DNA of 64,000 bases from Eledone cirrhosa (taxonomy: Eukaryota): assembly GCA_964016885.1 (NCBI GenBank), contig OZ024741.1, positions 4,588,001 through 4,652,000 on the forward strand, read 5' to 3'. Positions 32,641 through 47,900 of the stretch are shown here, in pieces (position 1 is the first letter of the stretch; every line of letters starts with the position of its first letter). The notes under the pieces are model-generated. The model ran no database searches and was not told where the DNA came from. It saw only the letters and a list, made by a program, of their open reading frames with translations. A program made the translations under genes and the position numbers.

Positions 32641-35390
32641 AAAGACACTATACTACCAATCTAAGACACCATACTACCAATCTAAGACACGATACTACCA
32701 ATCTAAGACACTATACTACCAATCTAAGACACCATGCTACCAATCTAAGACACACTACTACCAATCTAAGACACACTACTACCAATCTAAGACACACTAC
32801 TACCAATCTAAGACACTATACTACCAATCTAGGATATTATGCTACCAATCTAAGACACCATACTACCAATCAAAGACACTATACTACCAATCTCAGACAC
32901 TATACTACCAATCTAAGACACTATACTACCAATCTAAGACACTATACTACCAATCTAAGACACGATACTACCAATCTAAGACACGATACTACCAATCTAA
33001 GACACCATACTACCAATCTAGGACACTATACTACCAATCTAGGACACTATACTACCAATCTAAGACATGATACTACCAATCTAAGACACCATACTACCAA
33101 TCAAAGACACTATACTACCAATCTAAGACACTATACTACCAATCTAGGACACTATACTACCAATCTAAGACACGATACTACCAATCTAAGACACGATACT
33201 ACCAATCTAAGACACCATACTACCAATCTAGGACACTATACTATCAATCTAAGACAATACTACCAATCTAAGACACTATACTACCGATCTAAGACACTAT
33301 ACTACCAATCTAAGACAAGACACTACCAATCTAAGACACCATTCTCCAAATCTAAGACACCATACTACCAATCTAAGACACCATACTACCAATCTAAGAC
33401 ACCATACTACCAATCTAAGACACGATACTACCACTCTAAGACACCATACTACCAATCTAAGACACCATGCTACCAATCTAAGACACCATGCTACCAATCT
33501 AGGACACTATACTACCAATCTAGGACACTATACTACCAATCTAAGACATGATACTACCAATCAAAGACACTATACTACCAATCTAAGACACTATACTACC
33601 AATCTAAGACACTATACTACCAATCTAAGACACGATACTACCAATCTAAGACACGATACTACCAATCTAAGACACCATACTACCAATCTAGGACACTATA
33701 CTATCAATCTAAGACAATACTACCAATCTAAGACACTACACTACCAATCTAAGACACTATACTACCGATCTAAGACACTATACTACCAATCTAAGACAAG
33801 ACACTACCAATCTAAGACACCATTCTCCAAATCTAAGACACCATACTACCAATCTAAGACACCATACTACCAATCTAAGACACGATACTACCAATCTAAG
33901 ACACGATACTACCACTCTAAGACACCATACTACCAATCTAAGACACCATGCTACCAATCTAGGACACTATACTACCAATCTAAGACACTATACTACCAAT
34001 CTAAGACATGATACTACCAATCTAAGACACTATACTACCAATCAAAGACACTATACTACCAATCTAAGACACTATACTACCAATCTAAGACACTATACTA
34101 CCAATCTAGGACACTATACTACCAATCTAAGACACGATACTACCAATCTAAGACACCATACTACCAATCTAAGACACTATACTACCAATCTAAGACACTA
34201 TACTACCAATCTAAGACACTATACTACCAATCTAAGACACTATACTACCACTCTAAGACACTACACTACCAATCTAAGACACTATACTACCACTCTGACA
34301 CCATACTACCAATCTAAGACATTATGCTACCAATCTAAGACACTATACTACCAATCTAAGACACAATACTACCAATCTAAGACACCATACTACCAATCTA
34401 AGACACCATACTACCAATCTAAGACACGATACTACCAATCTAAGACACCATACTACCAATCTAAGACACTATACTACCAATCTAGGACACTATACTACCA
34501 ATCTAGGACACTATACTACCAATCTAGGACACTATACTACCAATCTAAGACATGATACTACCAATCAAAGACACCATACTACCAATCAAAGACACTATAC
34601 TACCAATCTAAGACACCATACTACCAATCTAAGACACGATACTACCAATCTAAGACACTATACTACCAATCTAAGACACCATGCTACCAATCTAAGACAC
34701 ACTACTACCAATCTAAGACATACTACTACCAATCTAAGACACACTACTACCAATCTAAGACACTATACTACCAATCTAGGATATTATGCTACCAATCTAA
34801 GACACCATACTACCAATCAAAGACACTATACTACCAATCTCAGACACTATACTACCAATCTAAGACACTATACTACCAATCTAAGACACGATACTACCAA
34901 TCTAAGACACGATACTACCAATCTAAGACACCATACTACCAATCTAGGACACTATACTACCAATCTAGGACACTATACTACCAATCTAAGACATGATACT
35001 ACCAATCTAAGACACCATACTACCAATCAAAGACACTATACTACCAATCTAAGACACTATACTACCAATCTAGGACACTATACTACCAATCTAAGACACG
35101 ATACTACCAATCTAAGACACGATACTACCAATCTAAGACACCATACTACCAATCTAGGACACTATACTATCAATCTAAGACAATACTACCAATCTAAGAC
35201 ACTATACTACCGATCTAAGACACTATACTACCAATCTAAGACAAGACACTACCAATCTAAGACACCATTCTCCAAATCTAAGACACCATACTACCAATCT
35301 AAGACACCATACTACCAATCTAAGACACGATACTACCAATCTAAGACACGATACTACCACTCTAAGACACCATACTACCAATCTAAGACA
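32050..35390 (+). repeat. Duplication at offset 1947 bp (93 monomers minus 6 bp)
   Basis: The private CACTCTGACAC 2-bp deletion unit occurs at about 32350 and 34297, each followed by the same ordered variant string. Confidence 0.85.
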
Positions 35391-38300
35391 CCATGCTACC
35401 AATCTAGGACACTATACTACCAATCTAAGACACTATACTACCAATCTAAGACACTATACTACCAAGCGAAGACACCATACTACCAATCTAAGACATTATA
35501 CTACCAATCTAAGACACCATGCTACCAATCTAGGACACCATGCTACCAATCTAGGACACCATGCTACCAATCTAGGACACTATACTACCAATCTAAGACA
35601 CTATACTACCAATCTAAGACACTATACTACCAATCTAAGACACTATACTACCAATCGAAGACACCATACTACCAATCTAAGACATTATACAACCAATCTA
35701 AGACACCATGCTACCAATCTAGAACACCATGCTACCAATCTAGGACACTATACTACCAATCTAAGACACTATACTACCAATCTAAGACACCATACTACCA
35801 ATCTAAGACACCATACTACCAATCTAGGACACCATACTACCAATCTAAGACTCCATACTACCAATCTAAGACACGATACTACCAATCTAAGACACTATAC
35901 TACCAATATAAGACACCATGCTACCAATCTAAGACACACTACTACCAATCTAAGACACTATACTACCAATCTAAGACACCATACTACCAATCTAGGATAC
36001 TATGCTACCAATCTAAGACACCATACTACCAATCAAAGACACTATCCTACCAATCTAAGACACTATACTACCAATCTAAGACACTATACTACCAATTTAA
36101 GACACGATACTACCAATCTAAGACACCATACTACCAATCTAAGACACCATACTACCAATCTAAGACACGATACTACCAATCTAAGACACTATACTACCAA
36201 TCTAAGACACCATGCTACCAATCTAAGACACACTTATACCAATCTAAGACACTATACTACCAATCTAAGACACTATACTACCAATCTAGGATACTATGCT
36301 ACCAATCTAAGACACCATACTACCAATCAAAGACACTATACTACCAATCTAAGACACTATACTACCAATCTAAGACACTATACTACCAATCTAAGACACT
36401 ATACTACCAATCTAAGACACTATACTACCAATCTTTGACACGATACTACCAATCTAAGACACCATACTACCAATCTAAGACACCATACTACCAATCTAGG
36501 ACACTATACTACCAATCTAGGACACTATACTACCAATCTAAGACATGATACTACCAATCTAAGACACTATACTACCAATCTAAGACACTATACTACCACT
36601 CTAAGACACCATACTACCAATCTAAGACACTATACTACCAATCTAAGACACGATACTACCAAGCTAAGACACCATACTACCAATCTCGGACACTATACTA
36701 CCAAGCTAAGACACCATACTACCAATCTCGGACACTATACTACCAATCTAAGACACGATACTACCAATCTAAGACACCATGCTACCAATCTAGGACACTA
36801 TACTACCAATCTAGGACACTATACTACCAATCTAGGACACTATAATACCAATCTAAGACACTATACTACCAATCGAAGACACCATACTACCAATCGAAGA
36901 CACCATACTACCAATCGAAGACACCATACTACCAATCTAAGACACCATGCTACCAATCTAGGACACTATACTACCAATCTAAGACACTATACTACCAATC
37001 TAAGACACTATACTACCAATCTAAGACACTATACTACCAATCTAAGACACTATACTACCAATCGAAGACACCATACTACCAATCTAAGACATTATACTAC
37101 CAATCTAAGACACCATGCTACCAATCTAGGACACCATGCTACCAATCTAGGACACTATACTACCAATCTAAGACACTATACTACCAATCTAAGACACTAT
37201 ACTACCAATCTAAGACACTATACTACCAATCTAAGACACTATACTACGAATCTAAGACACTATACTACCAATCTAAGACACTATACTACCAATCTAAGAC
37301 ACTATACTACCAATCTAAGACACGATACTACCAAGCTAAGACACCATACTACCAATCTAAGACACCATACTACCACTCTAAGACACTATACTACCAATCT
37401 AAGACATCATACTACCAATCTAGGACACTATACTATCAATCTAAGACAATACTACCAATCTAAGACACTATACTACCGATCTAAGACACTATACTACCAA
37501 TCTAAGACACGATACTACCAATCTAAGACACGATGCTACCAATCTAAGACACCATACTACCACTCTAAGACACCATACTACCACTCTAAGACACCATACT
37601 ACCAATCTAAGACACGATACTACCAATCTAAGACACCATACTACCAATCTAAGACACGATACTACCAATCTAAGACACGATACTACCACTCTAAGACACC
37701 ATACTACCAATCTAAGACACTATACTACCAATCTAAGATACTATACTACCAATCTAAGACACTATACTACCAATCTAAGACACCATACTACCAATCTAAG
37801 ACACCATACTACCAATCTAAGACACCATACTACAAATCTAAGACACCATACTACCAATCTAAGACACTATTCTACCAATCTAAGACACTATTCTACCAAT
37901 CTAAGACACTATACTACCACTCAAAGACACTATACTACCAATCTAAGACACTATACTACCAATCTAGGACACTATGCTACCAATTTAAGAAATGATACTA
38001 CCAATATAAGACACCATACTACCAATCTAAGACACCATACTACCACTCTAAGACACCATACTACCAATCTAAGACACCATACTACCAATCTAAGATACTA
38101 TACTACCAATCTAAGACACTATACTACCAATCTAGGACAACACACTACCAATCTAAGACACCATACTACCGATCTAAGACACCATACTACCAATCTAAGA
38201 CACCATACTACCAATCTAGGACACTATACTACCAATCTAGGACGTGATACTACCAATCTAAGACACCATACTACCAATCTAAGACACCATACTACCAATC

Positions 38301-41300
38301 TAAGATACCATACTACCAATCTAAGACACCATACTACCAATCTAAGACACCATACTAACAATCTAAGACACCATACTACCAATCTAAGACACCATACTAC
38401 CAATCTAAGACACTATACTACCAATCTAAGACGCGATACTACCAATCTAAGACAACATACTACCAATCTAAGACACCATACTACCAATCTAGGACACTAT
38501 CCTACCAATCTAAGTCACCATATAACCAATCTAAGACATCAAACTACCAATCTAAGACACGATACTACCAATCTAAGACACTATACTACCAATCTAAGAC
38601 ACCATACTACCAATCTAGGACACTATACTACCAATCTAAGACACGATACTACCAATCTAAGACACCATGCTACCAATCTAGGACACTATACTACCAATCT
38701 AGGACACTATACTACCAATCTAAGACACTATACTACCAATCTAAGACACTATACTACCAATCTAAGACACGATACTACCAGGCTAAGACACCGTACTACC
38801 AATCTAGGACACTATACTACCAATCTAAGACACCATACTACCACTCTAAGACACTATACTACCAATCTAAGACACCATACTACCAATCTAAGACACTATA
38901 CTACCAATCCAAGACACTATACTACCAATCCAAGACACTATACTACCAATCCAAGACACCTTACTACCAATCTAAGACACCATACTACCAATCTAAGACA
39001 CCATACTACCAATCGAAAACACCATGCTACCAATCTTAGACACCATACTACCAATCTAAGACACCATACTACCAATCTAAGACTCCATACTACCAATCTA
39101 AGACACGATACTACCAATCTAAGACACTATACTACCAATCTAAGACACCATGCTACAAATCTAAGACACACTACTACCAATCTAAGACACTATACTACCA
39201 ATCTAAGACACCATACTACCAATCTAAGACACTATACTACCAATCTAGGACACTATACTACCAATCGAGGACACTATACTACCAATCTAAGACATGATAC
39301 TACCAATCTAAGACACCATACTACCAATCAAAGACACTATACTACCAATCTAAGACACAATACTACCAATCTAAGACACCATACTACCAATCTAAGACAC
39401 CATACTACCAATCTAAGACACCATACTACCAATCTAGGACACTATACTATCAATCTAAGACAATACTACCAATCTAAGACACTATACTACCGATATAAGA
39501 CACGATACTACCAATCTAAGACACCATACTACCAATCTAAGACACGATACTACCAATCTAAGACAAGATACTACCACTCTAAGACACCATACTACCAATC
39601 TAAGACACCATACTACCAATCTAAGATACTATACTACCATTCTAAGACACTATACTACCAATCTAAGACACTATACTACCAATCTAAGACACTATACTAC
39701 CAATCTAAGACACTATACTACCAATCTAAGACACCATACTACCAATCTAAGACACCATACTACCAATCTAAGACAGCATACTACCAATCTAAGACACTAT
39801 ACTACCAATCTAAGACAGAATACTACCAATCTAAGACACTATACTACCAATCTAGGACACTATCCTACCAATCTAAGTCACCATATAACCAATCTAAGAC
39901 ATCAGACTACCAATCTAAGACACTATACTACCAATCTAAGACACTATACTACCAATCTAAGACACTATACTACCAATCTAAGACACTATACTACCAATCT
40001 AAGACACGATACTACCAAGCTAAGACACCATACTACCAATCTAGGACACTATACTACCAATCTAAGACACGATACTACCAATCTAAGACACCATGCTACC
40101 AATCTAGGACACTATACTACCAATCTAGGACACTATACTACCAATCTAGGACACTATACTACCAATCTAGGACACTATACTACCAATCTAAGACACTATA
40201 CTACCAATCTAAAACACTATACTACCAATCTAAGACACTATACTACCAATCTAAGACACGATACTACCAAGCTAAGACACGATACTACCAAGCTAAGACA
40301 CCATACTACCAATCTAGGACACTATACTACCACTCTAAGACACCAATCTACCAATCTAAGACATCATACTACCAATCTAAGACACTATACTACCAATCTA
40401 AGACAGAATACTACCAATCTAAGACACTATACTACCAATCTAGGACACTATCCTACCAATCTAAGTCACCATATAACCAATCTAAGACATCAGACTACCA
40501 ATCTAAGACACTATACTACCAATCTAAGACACTATACTACCAAGCTAAGACACCATACTACCAATCTAGGACACTATACTACCAATCTAAGACACGATAC
40601 TACCAATCTAAGACACCATGCTACCAATCTAGGACACTATACTACCAATCTAGGACACTATACTACCAATCTAAGACACTATACTACCAATCTAAGACAC
40701 TATACTACCAATCTAAGACACTATACTACCAATCTAAGACACGATACTACCAATCTAAGACACCATGCTACCAATCTAGGACACTATACTACCAATCTAG
40801 GACACTATACTACCAATCTAAGACACCATACTACCAATCTAAGACACTATACTACCAATCTAAGACACCATACTACCAATCTAAGACATTATACTACCAA
40901 TCTAAGACACTATACTACCAATCTAAGACACGATACTACCAATCTAAGACACCATGCTACCAATCTAGGACACTATACTACCAATCTAGGACACTATACT
41001 ACCAATCTAAGACACTATACTACCAATCTAAGACACTATACTACCAATCTAAGACACTATACTACCAATCTAAGACACTATACTACCAATCTAAGACACG
41101 ATACTACCAATCTAAGACACCATGCTACCAATCTAGGACACTATACTACCAATCTCAGACACCATACTACCAATCTAAGACACCATACTACCAATCTAAG
41201 ACACTATACTACCAATCTAAGACACCATACTACCAATCTAAGACATTATACTACCAATCTAAGACACTATACTACCAATCTAAGACACAATACTACCAAT

Positions 41301-43559
41301 CTAAGACACCATACTACCAATCTAAGACACCATACTACCAATCTAAGACACCATACTACCAATCTAGGACACTATACTATCAATCTAAGACAATACTACC
41401 AATCTAAGACACTATACTACCGATCTAAGACACTATACTACCAATCTAAGACAAGACACTACCAATCTAAGACACCATTCTCCAAATCTAAGACACCATA
41501 CTACCAATCTAAGACACCATACTACCAATCTAAGATACTATACTACCATCCTAAGACACTATACTACCAATCTAAGACACTATACTACCAATCTAAGACA
41601 CTATACTACCAATCTAAGACACTATACTACCAATCTAAGACACCATACTACCAATCTAAGACAGCATACTACCAATCTAAGACACTATACTACCAATCTA
41701 AGACATCAGACTACCAATCTAAGACACTATACTACCAATCTAAGACACTATACTACCAATCTAAGACACTATACTACCAATCTAAGACACTATACTACCA
41801 ATCTAAGACACTATACTACCAATCTTAGACACTATACTACCAATCTAAGACACGATACTACCAAGCTAAGACACCATACTACCAATCTAGGGCACTATAC
41901 TACCAATCTAAGACACGATACTACCAATCTAAGACACCATGCTACCAATCGAAGACACTATACTACCAATCTAGGACACTATACTACCAATCTAGGACAC
42001 TATACTACCAATCTAGGACACTATACTACCAATCTAAGACACTATACTACCAATCTAAAACACTATACTACCAATCTAAGACACTATACTACCAATCTAA
42101 GACACAATACTACCAATCTAAGATACTATACTACCAATCTAAGACACTATACTACCAATCTAAGATACTATACTACCAATCTAAGACACGATACTACCAC
42201 TCTAAGACACCATATTACCAATCTAAGACACCATATTACCAATCTAAGACACGATACTACCAATCTAAGATACTATACTACCAATCTAAGACACTATACT
42301 ACCAATCTAAGATACTATACTACCAATCTAAGTCACTATACTACCAATCTACGACACCATACTACCAATCTAAGACACCATACTACCAATCTAAGACACC
42401 ATACTACCAATCTCAGACACCATACTACCAATCTAAGACACCATACTACCAATCTAAGACACTATACTACCAATCTAAGACACCATACTACCAATCTAAG
42501 ACATTATACTACCAATCTAAGACACTATACTACCAATCTAAGACACAATACTACCAATCTAAGACACCATACTACCAATCTAAGACACCATACTACCAAT
42601 CTAAGACACCATACTACCAATCTAGGACACTATACTATCAATCTAAGACAATACTACCAATCTAAGACAAGATACTACCACTCTAAGACACCATACTACC
42701 AATCTAAGACACTATACTACCAATCTAAGACACCATACTACCAATCTAAGACATTATACTACCAATCTAAGACACTATACTACCGATCTAAGACACTATA
42801 CTACCAATCTAAGACAAGACACTACCAATCTAAGACACCATTCTCCAAATCTAAGACACGATACTACCAATCTAAGACACCATACTACCAATCTAAGACA
42901 CGATACTACCAATCTAAGACAAGATACTACCACTCTAAGACACCATACTACCAATCTAAGACACCATACTACCAATCTAAGATACTATACTACCATCCTA
43001 AGACACTATACTACCAATCTAAGACACTATACTACCAATCTAAGACACTATACTACCAATCTAAGACACTATACTACCAATCTAAGACACCATACTACCA
43101 ATCTAAGACAGCATACTACCAATCTAAGACACTATACTACCAATCTAAGACATCAGACTACCAATCTAAGACACTATACTACCAATCTAAGACACTATAC
43201 TACCAATCTAAGACACTATACTACCAATCTAAGACACTATACTACCAATCTAAGACACTATACTACCAATCTAAGACACTATACTACCAATCTTAGACAC
43301 TATACTACCAATCTAAGACACGATACTACCAAGCTAAGACACCATACTACCAATCTAGGACACTATACTACCAATCTAAGACACGATACTACCAATCGAA
43401 GACACTATACTACCAATCTAGGACACTATACTACCAATCTAGGACACTATACTACCAATCTAGGACACTATACTACCAATCTAAGACACTATACTACCAA
43501 TCTAAAACACTATACTACCAATCTAAGACACTATACTACCAATCTAAGACACGATACTA

Positions 43560-44900
43560 CCAAGCTAAGACACGATACTACCAAGCTAAGACACCATACT
43601 ACCAATCTAGGACACTATACTACCACTCTAAGACACCAATCTACCAATCTAAGACATCATACTACCAATCTAAGACACTATACTACCAATCTAAGACAGA
43701 ATACTACCAATCTAAGACACTATACTACCAATCTAGGACACTATCCTACCAATCTAAGTCACCATATAACCAATCTAAGACATCAGACTACCAATCTAAG
43801 ACACTATACTACCAATCTAAGACACTATACTACCAAGCTAAGACACCATACTACCAATCTAGGACACTATACTACCAATCTAAGACACGATACTACCAAT
43901 CTAAGACACCATGCTACCAATCTAGGACACTATACTACCAATCTAGGACACTATACTACCAATCTAAGACACTATACTACCAATCTAAGACACTATACTA
44001 CCAATCTAAGACACTATACTACCAATCTAAGACACGATACTACCAATCTAAGACACCATGCTACCAATCTAGGACACTATACTACCAATCTAGGACACTA
44101 TACTACCAATCTAGGACACTATACTACCAATCTAAGACACTATACTACCAATCTAAGACACTATACTACCAATCTAAGACACTATACTACCAATCTAAGA
44201 CACAATACTACCAATCTAAGATACTATACTACCAATCTAAGACACTATACTACCAATCTAAGATACTATACTACCAATCTAAGACACGATACTACCACTC
44301 TAAGACACCATATTACCAATCTAAGACACGATACTACCAATCTAAGATACTATACTACCAATCTAAGACACTATACTACCAATCTAAGATACTATACTAC
44401 CAATCTAAGTCACTATACTACCAATCTACGACACCATACTACCAATCTAAGACACCATACTACCAATCTAAGACACCATACTACCAATCTCAGACACCAT
44501 ACTACCAATCTAAGACACCATACTACCAATCTAAGACACTATGCTACCAATCTAAGACACGATACTACCAATCTAAGATACTATACTACCAATCTAAGAC
44601 ACTATACTACCAATCTAAGATACTATACTACCAAACTAAGACACGATACTACCACTCTAAGACACCATACTACCAATCTAAGACACGATACTACCAATTT
44701 AAGATACTATACTACCAATCTAAGACACAATACTACCAATCTAAGACACCATACTACCAATCTAAGACACCATACTACCAATCTAAGACACCATACTCCC
44801 AATCTAAGACACCATACTACCAATCTAGGACACTATACTATCAATCTAAGACTATACTACCGATCTAAGACACTATACTACCAATCTAAGACAAGACACT
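43560..44900 (+). repeat. Dispersed duplicated block, copy B (copy A about 24050-25390)
   Basis: Same ordered rare variants as 24050-25390 at a constant 19510-bp offset. Confidence 0.9.
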
Positions 44901-47900
44901 ACCAATCTAAGATACTATACTACCATTCTAAGACACTATACTACCAATCTAAGACACGATACTACCAATCTAAGATACTATACTACCATTCTAAGACACT
45001 ATACTACCAATCTAAGATACTATACTACCAATCTAAGACACTATACTACCAATCTAAGACACTATACTACCAATCTAAGACACTATACTACCAATCTAAG
45101 ACATGATACTACCAATCTAAGACACCATACTACCACTCTAAGACACCATACTACCAATCTAAGATACTATACTACCATTCTAAGACACTATACTACCAAT
45201 CTAAGACACTATACTACCAATCTAAGACACTATACTACCAATTTAAGGCACTATACTACCAATCTAAGACACCATACTACCAATCTAAGACAGCATACTA
45301 CCAATCTAAGACACTATACTACCAATCTAAGACAGAATACTACCAATCTAAGACACTATACTACCAATCTAGGACACTATCCTACCAATCTAAGTCACCA
45401 TATAACCAATCTAAGACATCAGACTACCAATCTAAGACACTATACTATCAATCTAAGACACTATACTACCAATCTAAGACACAATACTATCAAGCTAAGA
45501 CACCATACTACCACTCTAGGACACTATACTACCAATCTAAGACACGATACTACCAATCTAAGACACCATGCTACCAATCTAGGACACCATGCTACCAATC
45601 TAGGACACTATACTACCAATCTAGGACACTATACTACCAATCTAAGAAACTATACTACCAATCGAAGACACCATACTACCAATCTAAGACATTATACTAC
45701 CAATCTAAGACACCATGCTACCAATCTAGGACACCATGCTACCAATCTAGGACACTATACTACCAATCTAGGACACTATACTACCAATCTAAGACACGAT
45801 ACTACCAAGCTAAGACACGATACTACCAAGCTAAGACACCATACTACCAATCTAGGACACTATACTACCAATCTAAGACACCAATCTACCACTCTAAGAC
45901 ACTATACTACCAATCTAAGACATCATACTACCAATCTAAGACACTATACTACCAATCTAAGACAGAATACTACCAATCTAAGACACTATACTACCAATCT
46001 AGGACACTATCCTACCAATCTAAGTCACCATATAACCAATCTAAGACATCAGACGACCAATCTAAGACACTATACTACCAATCTAAGACACGATACTACC
46101 AATCTAAGACACGATACTACCAAGCTAAGACACCATACTACCAATCTAGGACACTATACTACCAATCTAAGACACGATACTACCAATCTAAGACACCATG
46201 CTACCAATCTAGGACACTATACTACCAATCTAGGACACTATACTACCAATCTAAGACACTATACTACCAATCTAAGACACTATACTACCAATCTAGGACA
46301 CTATACTACCAATCTAAGACACTATACTACCAATCTAAGACACTATACTACCAATCTAAAACACTATACTACCAATCTAAGACACGATACTACCAATCTA
46401 AGACACCATGCTACCAATCTAGGACACTATACTACCAATCTAGGACACTATACTACCAATCTAGGACACTATACTACCAATCTAAGACACTATACTACCA
46501 ATCTAAGACACTATACTACCAATCTAAGACACTATACTACCAATCTAAGACACGATACTACCAATCTAAGACACGATACTACCAATCTAAGACACTATAC
46601 TACCAATCTAAGATACTATACTACCAATCTAAGATACTATACTACCAATCTAAGACACGATACTACCACTCTAAGACACCATACTACCAATCTAAGACAC
46701 GATACTACCAATCTAAGATACTATACTACCAATCTAAGACACTATACTACCAATCTAAGATACTATACTACCAATCTAAGTCACTATACTACCAATCTAA
46801 GACACCATACTACCAATCTAAGACACCATACTACCAATCTAAGACACCATACTACCAATCTAAGACACCATACTACCAATCTAAGACACCATACTACGAA
46901 TATAAGATACCATACTACCAATCTAAGACACCATACTACCAATATAAGACACCATACTACCAATCTAAGACACCATACTACCAATCTAAGACACCATACT
47001 ACCAATCTAAGACACCATACTACCACTCTAAGACACCATACTACCAATCTAAGACACGATACTACCAATCTAAGATACTATACTACCAATCTAAAACACT
47101 ATACTACCAATCTAAGACACGATACTACCAATCTAGGACACGATACTACCAATCTAAGACACAATACTACCAATCTAAGACACAATACTACCAATCTAAG
47201 ACACCATACTACCAAACTAAGACACTGTACTACCAAACTAAGACACTGTACTACCAATCTAAGACACTATACTACCAATCTAAGACGCGATACTACCAAT
47301 CTAAGACACCATACTACCAATCTAAGACACTATACTACCAATCTAAGACACCATAGTACCAATCTAGACACCATACTACCACTCTAAGACACCATACTAC
47401 CAATCTAAGACACGATACTACCAAGCTAAGACACCATACTACCAATCTAGGACACTATACTACCAATCTAAGACACCATCCTACCACTCTAAGACACTAT
47501 ACTACCAATCTAAGACATCATACTACCAATCTAGGACACTATACTATCAATCTAAGACAATACTACCAATCTAAGACACTATACTACCGATCTAAGACAC
47601 TATACTACCAATCTAAGACAAGACACTACCAATCTAAGACACCATTCTCCCAATCTAAGACACGATACTACCAATCTAAGACACCATACTACCAATCTAG
47701 ACACGATACTACCAATCTAAGACACGATACTACCACTCTAAGACACCATACTACCAATCTAAGACACGATACTACCAATCTAAGATACTATACTACCAAT
47801 CTAAGATACTATACTACCAATCCAAGACACTATACTACCAATCCAAGACACCTTACTACCAATCTAAGACACCATACTACCAATCTAAGATACTATACTA

